From Phoronis australis (taxonomy: Eukaryota; Animalia; Phoronida), in assembly GCA_002633005.1 (NCBI GenBank), contig NMRA01000650.1, positions 185,075 through 227,147 of the forward strand: a DNA stretch of 42,073 bases, in the 5' to 3' direction. Position 1 is the stretch's first letter. Each line of letters opens with the position of its first letter. The position numbers were made by a program, and so were the translations under genes. A model generated the notes under the pieces. It searched no databases, was not told the DNA's origin, and saw only the letters and a program-made list of their open reading frames with translations. Shown piece after piece: positions 25,001 through 37,000 of this stretch.

Positions 25001-28000
25001 GCAAATTTTCAGAAGGGTCGAAAAACGTTCTGGACCACAACAGAACACGTGATCACAGGTCACAAAACATCGACGTTTCAAGTAATTCTGTAACGATTAA
25101 CTTAACAAACTATGTGATGAGAAAACGTATTATTTTTATGTAATATGTTGAGATTATCCAATTTCAGTATCCCAGACAGCATCGCATTTCTACTGTACAC
25201 TGCTCTGTCCCGTTGTTTGAACGCACGGTCGACGTAAATGCTGAGGATCATGATTTGGAAATATCATGCAACAGCCTGTTTGAACATGAGTCTCATTGGT
25301 TCTTTTGATCGCAAATAACATCAAACGCTTGGATTACAAAACTGGGTTCACTGATAGCCGAACGGTAGCCATGACTTGTGTTTCAGCAGACTGGTTTTGG
25401 GTTGCCAACTATTGCAAATCAGACGCGACATTTATTGGAACAAGCGCCAAGTCCTCTACAAGTCGCCACCTGCAACTCTTGAACATCTTCACTAAGGCGC
25501 CAATAGCTTTGGCAAGCACCCACCTCTCCTTTAACTCTCTGAAATTGATACTCAATCTGCAGGACGCGTTTAAAAAGCGGTAAACTGACCAAAGTTTCGA
25601 GTCGCAGTGTTTAATATTTGTAGTGCTTGTTGTTAAGGTTAGAATTAGGGTTCGGCGTTAGGGTTAGGGTTGGGGTTAGGGTTAGGGTTCTGCTCTGATC
25701 CGTTTTGAAACTACTCGGCACTGGTAGACGAAGCGTTGCTTTTAAAAATAGCGCTTTGCCATAGCCTTCAGTTTTCACGTGTACTCGCGAACAATTGATA
25801 CATTTGACTGTATTTGAATATATTTAAAGGGACATTTCCTTATCACAATAAACCAATTAAAGAGGCCATAGCCAATCACAAAAAGGTTATAATTCTTCAA
25901 TTTGAGTTTTTTGACATTTCTTTGACGTGGAGTCGTTCTAAATGGGGTTTTGGGGAAGGTTACAATATGGAATATTTGGTCGTTGACATCAAGCGACTTC
26001 TAAGAACTGACTGTGAGCGCATAAGCCCATTTATCATATGTTGGAGTGAGACTAGAAAATGCGTTTTGACTACAGAGTTTTTTTCTTAAAACGTATTTCA
26101 AAAATTGTGAAATGTTTGATTTTTCTGTAAATTTATTAACAAGAGGAAAACGAATTCCTTTGTATTAGACGTTGCGAGGTTCTACTTTCATGACAATTTG
26201 TTTAAAAGATATATTTGCCAAACATTCGCGTTCCATGCCTCTTTTATAAGTTTACTGATATACCACCACGCATTGTACTTCTTGGATAATTTTAATAAAC
26301 AGTGAAATTTAAAAGATTTATTTAGATCATTTCAAAAAGGCAAATGTTTTACCGGTGCAACATGTTATCATTGTTTTTGGTATGGAGGATATGACTCTAT
26401 GACACATAATTTTGCATTTTTGCACGTTATTTTTACGTCTGTTTTCTATATTTTATCCAAGTAACCGTTGGGTTCAAGTGGCCGTCGGCAAGTAGAGGCG
26501 TAACATCAAAATGCAGCTGATGTTGATGTTGACCTTTTTGTATTCCTTGTTTGCTTGTCATAAAAAGGTCGTGATCGTTCCATACTGACTATGAAAGTCT
26601 TGGACACCGTATATTTTTGACTTTTCATTCTTTACGGAATATCAAAAATAAAATGTTGAATAAGGTAAATCAACGATCGCGTCAGTATTTTTATGCAAGA
26701 TAGGAAACGGTGTCTGTGCCGAATTACAATATTTACAATGTACTCAAACGAGTGTCAAAAAACTCGAGATACAACCAGTTTCATGATATTTGTCATGGTC
26801 ATAGTCTCTTTAATTGATTCCTCGCGATAAGGAAATGCCCCTTTAAATATATTCAAGAACAGGCGAATGTATCAATTTATCGCGTGTACACGCGAAAACT
26901 GGCCGGCAAAGCGCTCTTTTAAAAGCAGCAGTTCTCTTGGCCAGGTCACTGCCTCGACGTCTGGAGACTCAGAACAGCAGAACAATGCGTTTGCATTTTT
27001 GGCAAAATGGGAATTACGTGATGTATTGACTTTGCTAAACATCAATCTTGATAAGAGGAATGGTTTTGGTAAAATGTGTTTAATTTGTAGAGAAGAGTTT
27101 GTCCTGTTCCAGGACGTTTTCTCACTTAGCAATCTGTTCAATACCATTGTCATTAACAAGTTGAATTGTTCTCTGTGTACTTGTTCTTAACCAGTAACAC
27201 ATCATATACCAAGGATTGCTTAATTGTGTTATTTTCCTTAAACTACTTCACACTTCAGTTGTATTTTAATAATAACCTAATCCAATATCATTTTATTCAT
27301 GTATTGGTCTTCTGTCTTAATTCTATTCCTGTTTGTTAGTGACCTAAATTTGTTAGAAACTATTTTGGACCTGGGGGAGGAGTGAAACTGGATTTCTAAG
27401 TTAGTTTCACCGTGTTTTTGAATTGATACACCCAGCAGGTATTCGGGTAGATATACTGTTCTTTAACTTGATGATCTATTCCAACCACGAGTAATATATT
27501 ACCCGGTTAACAGAGCATAAATTTGGTAATTCTGTATACAATTGTATTTCAACCTTTGCATGACAAGTAATTAAGATTCACAGTGAAGTTAGTGATTGTG
27601 AAGTTTGCTATAACTTGTTCATTGTTTCTGCAGGGCCGCACAGCACTTCACCTGGCAGCAGCGACTGGCAGGACGGAGGTGGTGAGGGTGCTGGTGCAGG
27701 GTGGGGCCGATGTAGACGTGCAAGACGAGGTAATAAAAACTACTTGAGACGACATTAGAATTAAGACAATGTTATCTTTGTTACAAAAGCTGTAGACTAT
27801 CTGAAGTTTAAATAAATATTTTGTGTGTAAATACACTTTTCATATCTCATGATTTCAACAAATATTTTTCAATCTGTACCGTGTACATGCATCTTACGAA
27901 ACAATGAGGTTTGAATTGTGTCAACAATATATTTGTGGACTTAAAGTTGATTCTTTTCTATTCTTATTGACAATCGTCCATTCAACATTACAACTTTATA

Positions 28001-31000
28001 TTAAACACGAAGCCAGAAAATCGGTGAAGAAATACAACATGGCGGGATCGCTGTCAAGTTATGCAGGAACTCTGTAATTTCTTGCAGTCGACGTCTACAA
28101 CATGTTCTGTTGTTACAGCAACGTTTTAAAATCTGTGACACTTGATTCTTGAAATCATTACAAATATTTTAGCATCTTAGAGGGTTCAGTAATGTTTCAT
28201 TTATGTCATTTTACAAGTTCACTTTCCCCCGTGTATGTTAATTAGCTCTAAACGTTGATCGTCCATTCACACATCTCCATTACATATTACATAGGTGGGC
28301 CGGACACCGCTGCACAGGGCAGCAGGGTGGGGTCATACAGACATAGTGAAGGTGCTGTTGGCCAACAAGGCCAGTGTAGATGTACGTGATGGGGTAAGTA
28401 ATGACACACAGGTTGTTTAGTTGAACTAGTTGTTTACACACACGATGATTAAAACTGTTTAGGAACACATTTTGTTGATATTTTTCACAATTTATTGTCC
28501 AAAAACAATAAGTTCAATGTCGTCTGCTTTTCTTGGTGAAGAACCAAAGCTGCATAGAGTTGTAACATGTCATGTAACGTTTTAAAATCTTTAACACTTG
28601 ATTTTTGATATCATTACAAGTATAGTAGCGTCTTAGAGGGGTCAGTAATGTTTCATTTATGTCACCTTACAAGTTCAATTTCCCCCGTGTATGTTAATTA
28701 GCTCTAAACGTTGATCGTCCATTCACACATCTCCATTATATATTACATAGGTGGGCGAGACACCGCTGTACAGGGCAGCATGGCTTGGTCGTACAGACAC
28801 AGCAAAGGTGATATTGGCCAACAAGGCCAGTGTAGATGTACCTGATCAGGTAAGTAATGACACACAGGTTGTTTAGTTGAACTACTTGTTTACATAAGGA
28901 TAGTTTAAAATGTTTAGGGAACATTTTGTTGATATTTTTCACAATTTATTGTCCTAAAACAATGACAAGTTCAATGTCGTCTGCTTTTCTTGGTGAAGAA
29001 CCAAAGCTGCCTAGAGTTGTAACATGTACTGTAACGTTTTAAAATCTGCAACACTTGATTCTTGAAATCATTACAAGTATTGTAGCGTCTTAGAGGGGTC
29101 AGTAATGTTTCATTTATGTCATCTTACAAGTTCAATTTCCCCCGTGTATGTTAATTAGCTCTAAACGTTGATCGTCCATTCACACATCTCCATTATATAT
29201 TACATAGTTGGGCGAGACACCGCTGTACTGGGCAGCATGGTGGGGTCGTACAGACACAGTGAAGGTGTTGTTGGCCAACAAGGCCAGTGTAGATGTACGT
29301 GATAAGGTAAGTAATGACACACAGGTTGTTTAGTTGAACTAGTTGTTTACACAACGATGATGAACACACAACATGTGACTCGGCTGAATCATTCAATGAT
29401 TTAATTAATCGTGATTTATGATTTCATTTTAAACATTGACATTTTTGTTGCATTCCACCGCACGTGACGTGACGTGCACGCGACTTTAACTAATTATTAA
29501 CAGTTTTTAGTTCACCTAGACTTGCACAGTGACTTGGTTCTTTACTTGCATTTCCACAGCACTCATTAAATGAATGTCGCTCTGTTGTAATGTATAAGAT
29601 CAAGTTGTGATATTTAAAAATTCTTTTCAATCACGTGACTACCTCAGGTCAGTGGAACTTTTTAAAAATCCCCCGCAAGTTATGTCTGAGTTTAAATGTC
29701 AGGTTTTAATCTGTCCTGTTGAGTCACTCACTTCATCAGTATTGCAACTGATGTTGAAGTTTAAACTGGAAAAGTATTAAATTCGACTAGTTCACCCACC
29801 CACATCACTATGTATGATGCTGATCAACATTATCTATTTTTGTTCACTTACTGTAGTGGGGTGACACACCGCTGCACGCGGCAGCTGAATATGGACGTAC
29901 AGAGGTAGTGAAACTGCTGTGCAGGGAAAGCGAATGCGACGTCCATACAGTCAACAAGGTATTGCAAGAGTATTGTACTCTTGTTTAGCTGAGACTGTAA
30001 TAAATGTGTTTTAAATGTACTATGAGTTCGAACACTATTCACTTGTAATAAATATGTCGTCAAAAATGATCTGTCTCCTGCGTAGAGTTATACAAAAAAG
30101 TCACTTCTTCACTGCATGTACCTTCCCATAACACTCAATGGATCAAAGCAGATTGTCTAATCGCGATAATTCGGCACGAAATAAAAATAGACAACAGCCA
30201 CAGGTTCAAATTTTCTCGCTTCATTAATTATAAAACATGCAGGTTTATATTCGAGTCACTGCAAGGAATCAAATGCGCGTTTAGAAAATTTCTGAAGGTT
30301 TTTGTCTCGCTTGTTTCAATATAACGATTATTTAGCAATCAATTTATCCGTGTGTTTTAACCCCGTGGCTTAACTGTACATGTATTTCAAAACCACCAAA
30401 CAACCGTGTATGTTCCTGCCATGGTCGGATTTACTATTCTATGAAGTTGAAATCTAGGGCGTGACTGAGGCAAAGTCCCAGGTAGTCCGTCGAAAGCACA
30501 AGTCCTTTTATCACGGTGCCAAGCCGAGCACTGTGAACCTAGTAAACGAGCTGTGGTCCACAATACAATATGTAAATTCAAAGTTTGTGTATACATGTGC
30601 AGGTGCTTTAAATTGTGTATACACTGAAGCTGGTTTGTTTACGATTTTTGCATGAATTTTGTTGTCGGAAACAGTACCGTGTTTTATACCTGTCGTCTGC
30701 TTCACTCGTCTCAAAAATACGGTATGGTGTTTATTTTGTTGATCTCTCGTCTTCTTGATATGTCAGCAAGTTTTATTGTTTAGTTGCGGAAACTTTTAAG
30801 GTTATAAGGATGTATTTCATCATTTCAACGTGGGGCTTGTGTTGTCGTACGTGATTTCTTTTTGAAACATCTTGATTAGGTCTGGACGTGATTTGTGTTG
30901 GTGGCCACGTTATCAAAGTTTCATGTGTCAAACATACATTAACCAGTCCAAATATCTCATTTACTGCTTTTAAAATGTACAACAGGAACTTCAAAATGAT

Positions 31001-34000
31001 GTAGGAACTTATCCGAGGTCCACCACATTGGAGAATGAATACACCTTATGTTCGGAACTGATTTTACAGTTTTGGGGGTAGTACTCACAGGATACTCTGA
31101 GTTTGAGGATTTGTTCATTTACCAACGAACTATTCCATCAAAAAGACCTTCATCTTGCTTTAAAACCAGTTCTGTACATATTTAATTTCTATTATTAAAT
31201 CGAAGCGCCATTTATTTCTTTATAAGCCTTGAAATGTGTTTGTGAACGCCATTTTCATAAAAACTGTTATTTCTGCTCTATGTAGTATTCTTTAAAGTTC
31301 CTCTCGCGCATGCCAGTGATGTCAGGCTATTTTGCATTGGGAATCCCTTCGTAATCGCCACATGCAGTAACAAAACTATAAATACTGACTGCTTGTTATA
31401 AGTGACACGTTTTTTGCCCTTATAATATCGATACAATTATTTAAGTTCACCAAATTCAAGCTGAAAGAATTCAAATTGATGCCGGAATATCTTGCATCAA
31501 AATAGATTGATTACGAGTGGGTGCCTGCTTCACTAAAAACCTTGAAATCGACAAATATATCACCGAGATGGTATTTTTTATGTTTCAAAAGTTCAGGTTG
31601 ATGCCCTTTTTCTGTTGTTTAAACAAAAAATAGCGGTATGTGAGTCTCGATGGTGTTCAAGTGTCGGTGAGGTTGACTTCACTTGTAAACATGGCATTGA
31701 TATTTATTACCCAAGTTGAAAAACATGACTTCAGTAGAGCAAAAACTGTTAATTTTAGATCAATAAAACGAGAAACAAAATCAAGGAGTGGAATCCTCGC
31801 TTTCCTAGGTTTTTACAAACTCGCAAGGGATTAACAGACTATTTCGTTTGCTCAGTTGCAGTTGATTCGGCGAATTTAGTTGGTCAAGGTGAATGCGCTT
31901 TTGATTATTTTGATCATTTTGTTTTTATTCGGACCTAGGTGGATATATTCGTGTAGAAGTTGTTGGGCATCTTGACGGGCTTAGCAGCATTTTGCCTCAC
32001 TCTTAAAGTTAAAAATGCAAATGACAAATCTGATTGAAAAATGTCACCATCATACAGGTAGTGTGCGCTTTGTAAAAATACATTGTACAAACTAGGTGTC
32101 GAAAACACCTTGGCGCGTCGTCAAATACTCGTGAGCTATGACTCAGTAGATATCATTCATAAACTGAGTAAACAACGTGTTTAAGTTTGCAGTCGACTAA
32201 ATTCAAAAATGTTTTGCGCTTTGGCGTTGCGACACTCGTAATCTTCGTTCGACAAAAACGCTGTAGGTTAGTTTCTTCTGTTGCTGCAATCATTTCACTC
32301 GTTCTTTTACAAGACCCAGATTTTTTTGCTATCAAATTGTCACTTTTCTTTCTCCAACACTGACAACTATGACAGGAAGTGATCTAAGTAACATTGACTA
32401 ATTTTTATTTTTCACAATGCAGACTCTTTAGCAACATAACAATCGTAAAATAAGTGGCAGTGTCTCTTGTTTACAGTAATGCAAATTATGGCTGTTTTCA
32501 TAATTTATTAAGAAATTAGTTCATTTTTATGATTACGGTTGTCAACAGTGTCTTCGCTTTCCTCACTCGTCCAAAGTCATATTATTGAAACATTATAATA
32601 TGCAAATTTAGTGTGGAAGTTTTTAAAAAGTCATACAGGTATAGACTACACAAAAGACGTAACTGACTCTCGTCTTTGAGTTTGTAGTTCAGTTAACAAT
32701 CATGTATTTATTCAAGAACTGATTTTCCAGTAACTAAGCTAAAAAAAACATCGTGAGGGGTGCGCTCTGCGGGCGCCAAATACCGACCCTGGGTGTCCTT
32801 TGATGAAGCCGCTTGATAAATCTTCAATAAATCACAGATTCTGGATTCCCAAGTTGCACATTCTGCACCAATCTGAAGTAAAACTGAAGTTTGATGTTTC
32901 CGCTCAATTTGACCCAGGGTAAAGAAATTGCACGTCTTTCTTATTCTCCGCCACCGTGAAGTCCGAAAGCTTCCGGTTTGTGCATACATTATTGACGTTT
33001 TATGAAGTCAAACACGAAATTGTCTGCAACTGCATTCCACCCTAGATTATAGACTATAGTCTATGATTCCACACATTGTGTATGTCCAATAGAATTGAAC
33101 CTAGGCAAAATGATTGTGAATCGTAATGTTTCGAGAATACATTTGGTTAGAAACTCCAAAGATTGGTATCCGACACCCTCAGTTCCCACGCGAATCTGTC
33201 GCAGAACGGCTGCAGAACATCGTGCAATCTTGTCCATACTGATTTTAAAGCGAAAAATTTCAAATCTGCAGACTCTGCCAATTTCACTGAGTCTGCTGTC
33301 GTGAACAGGAGTAAAAGATTTCGTGAGTGAAAATGGACTTTTCAAGTACGACTTGTTAAACGTTGACATGTTGCTTTAAAGGCAAGGTTCTGAAGATGTA
33401 CCAATGACGATGCTAGAACACTCAGTTTTAAGAGTGGTGGTCGATTGCTAGTAGAAAGTTTGAGCGATTGTTTATACAAACGCACAGCTGAAGATGTGCA
33501 TGGACCTGAACAAGTAACGAAAGAATAAGAGAAGCTGTGACGTGAAATTAAAATAAATTGCCAACTGAATGCTAATTGATAATTGGGGTATATTGTACAG
33601 TTATGTTGTTCTGAAATTGTGCATTGGGATAGTCCTTCAATTGAAATTAAAATTAAAACACGGCTTGATTATTGGATCATATAAAATTTGAAAACGCATA
33701 TTATCGGTTTCAAGTAGCGGAAGATCACATCGGTGAAAAGAAGATGGTCGGCGAAACGAACTATTCTGCAAAAAGACGCTGGTGTAGCACTTGCCGTTGA
33801 AAAGCTTGGCTATTACAAAGTAATTGTCAAACAGTTGCTCGATAAAATCCAAATCAGTCGAAATGGTTTAATTTTTAATGTGTCGATAATGTACCTGATT
33901 AATGTGTTTGATTTTCCTCTGATATCTATCTCTTTTCAGTTCTGACTGAAAATGTCTCTTATCTCAGTTCGGCTAGAGTAAACTCTCCGCTACTCCCGGG

Positions 34001-37000
34001 GGACTTGATTCAAATGAATAATAACTCGATCGTTTTGGTTTTACTTAATTATTTGTCATTTCTTCATACAATTTGAAGTTTCTGCGTCACGCAATTCCAA
34101 AACCGTGTTCAACAGTAGGAACATGGCTCCTTTACTTTTTGTTTAATTGTTAAATTTGAAAAACTAATTGGCAAACATTGACGTTTATTCAATTTTGCAA
34201 TTCTTTGTTAAATGAAAACTACTGAAAATGTACCAACCCTGAAAAAATCGCTTAATTTAAGGCGGATGATCCATTGCTAGTGCTTGTGGAATATTTAAGC
34301 ATTTTTCTTTGAACAAGCGTTGTACATTACATCCGTGCGGAACTAAACATATAATGCATTTTAGAACACTAAAATGCAAATGGCCCGTACTATGTAAGGC
34401 AATGGCGTTATTCTGGCTTACCAATCAGGACAAAAGCTTTATGTAATGGTTAAGAACAATAAAATGGCAAGCAAACTATACCGCGAATTCCGAAATGGCG
34501 AACACTGAACACTGTCTGGGTGCGGAGTAGCTGTGCTGTATGGTGTTGTGCGATGTGTTCACACGTATCTTGTTTTCCTTAACTTAATCATCATTATTTT
34601 AATATTAATAATACTATTGTCACGCGCATTCTTTTACACGTCTTTGTGCTACGTTTGTTATGGCATTATAGGCAAAGTAACGAACTTTTACAGAGCACTT
34701 TAAAATAGAAATGACCCATCCTATACAGCTGTGGCCTTATGTTCCAGTAAATGGCTATACAGTACAATCAGGTCATGGCCTTGTATTCCGTGGATTACGC
34801 AACATGTATGTTTACGGAAACATTGACAATCCGTACGAGTTGCAGACATTAGACATGCTCTGTGAAGTAGACCAATAGGCTAAATAGTAATGGAGTTTTT
34901 AACTAATGTATTGAATATGTCCTTAATTAGAAACTAAACGCTCGGCTTGGTTTCTATGAGTTGTACATGTACGTGAATAATCGATTGCTACCGGTACTCA
35001 GTCGTGCATGTCCAATGGTGGTCGGCGACATGGAATATTCCGAGAAGAAAGATGCTGGTGTGGCAACTGCTAATTAAATACACGTTGATCAGAAAATTAT
35101 TACTGACCATGTAAGCAGGATAAATGAGAATCGTTTCACTTCGGTTCCTGGTAATTAACCGTATTGTTATGTTTGATTTTCCTTGTGGGTTTATTTTTTC
35201 ACATCTTCACTGAAGGTGTTGTTTTTGTCGCTCTGTTGACCAAGCGGAAAATCGTTTTGTTCAATAAGTTCGTGGGAAGTGATGAATTATAACTAGTTCG
35301 TTTTTATTTCGGTTTAAGATATGTCAATGTTCGTTTACAATTTGCATGAAATTGCTAAAGCATTGCCACTTACCCAACCATGTCCAGTCATACATAAGTA
35401 TCTCGTTTCGAAGTTGTATTTGTTTCTTTAAGCCTGTTTTATTTGATGTAGATTGGCGACACACCGCTGCACCGTGCTTGTAAATGTGGCCATCTGGATG
35501 TTGTGAAACTCCTCGTGGAAGAGGATGGTGACGTCACAGTTGTCAACAAGGTAAAACATGAATATAGATGGAACTGTGTGGTAAGACACACTTTTACCTG
35601 AATAGTGAACATGTCATCTAACTTTGCTATAACTTTACCTTGATAGAGAACATGTCATCTAACTTTGGTATAACTTTACCTTGATAGAGAACATGTCATC
35701 TAACTTTGGTATAACTTTACCTTAATAGTGAAAATGTCATCTAACTTTGCTATAACTTTACCTGAATAGTGAACATGTCATCTAACTTTGCTATGACTTT
35801 ACCTGAATAGTGAACATGTCATCTAACTTTGCTATAACTTTACACGAATAGTGAATATGTCATCCAACTTTGCTATAACTTTGCCTGAATAGTGAACACG
35901 TCATCTAACTTTGATATAACTTTACCTGAATAGTTAACATGTCATCTAACTTTGCTATAGCTTTACCTGAATAGTGAACACGTCATCTAACTTTGATATA
36001 ACTTTACCTGAATAGTGAACATGTCATCTAACTTTGCTATAACTTTACCTTGATAGTGAGCATGTCATCTAACTTTGCTATAACTTTACCTGAATAGTGA
36101 ACATGTCATCTAACTTTGCTATAACTTTCCGATGTGGTGTTATCTTCCCGTTAGTAAAGTATCAGGTTTAGTTTTATTAGTTGTATTATGTAGTTGCAAA
36201 AACTTCTAAGGCTGTAAGGATGTATTTCATCATTTCAATGTTCATGTTTAGTTTTACATGGTGCCACGAAATATGTTGGTTCACGTCGGTTTCATTCGGA
36301 CTGTTAATTTTGTGCTATGCACTGTTTTTAATGTTTCTTCGCACAAGTGACATCAGGCTAATTTGTCTGATTCATTAAAAACCTTAAAATTGACCGAAAC
36401 TCTCTAAAACAGTAACCATTATGTCACCAAATGTTATTTGTGCCTCGTTTTTTAAACTAAATATAGTTTTGTGTGCGAGTCTCTACATGTGTCGGTGAAG
36501 TTGGGTTTACTTTTAAATATGATACATGTATACATCTGGTGAAACAGTGTTGATCAGAGGCATTACTTGGGAGTGTCAGGACAAGAAATACATCCATCAA
36601 TATCGGGGAAATGTTGATAGAAATTGGTGCCCTTTATCTTGACTGGTTCTCCTAGTTGTCTGTGACCGCAATTTATGAGAGATGTGTAAATTGAAAATCA
36701 AAATACTGAGTTAACTCCGCCACTCAGTTTGTCTGGCAGTGTTCATTCGTGATTCATTGGTCTACCCTGATGAATTTGTAGACAGTATGATGCAGTTACC
36801 TCTTGGGTTGATCTACAGTAAGTCTGTTTTGAGACCCCGTTGTTCTTAATCTAGCAGGGATACCCCGCCACTGAAATTGTCTGGCAGTGGATAATTTTGA
36901 TACAGTAGAATTAAAATATACAAAAGTACTCAAAAGCATGCGCACATACAAAGAAATACAACTTAATTTACTGTATGAATGAAGCATAAGACAAGATCCT

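Larger units (their letters stand above)
28121..29357 (+). repeat. Tandem array of a ~457-bp exon+intron unit (about 2.7 units, three exon copies)
   Basis: Exon starts at 28295, 28751 and 29208 (periods 456 and 457); near-identical intron flanks. Confidence 0.95.

Noticed and set aside
28295-29306. Diversity-generating retroelement (template/variable repeats plus nearby RT)
   Set aside because: Differences are not adenine-specific (e.g. tgg/ctt, cgt/cct, gtg/ttg), and the only RT is a dead BEL/Pao enzyme.
28280-30063. Cys-rich minus-strand ORFs (28280, 28736, 29193, 29848) as a peptide family
   Set aside because: They are antisense shadows of the + strand ankyrin exons.
33743-35070. Short direct similarity (tggtcggcga..tattc..aaaga.gctggtgt.gca) at 33743 and 35018
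   Set aside because: Too degraded to define a unit; probably an old repeat remnant.
35593-36128. Possible CRISPR array
   Set aside because: Units are contiguous with no unique spacers, no cas genes, and the context is a eukaryotic intron.
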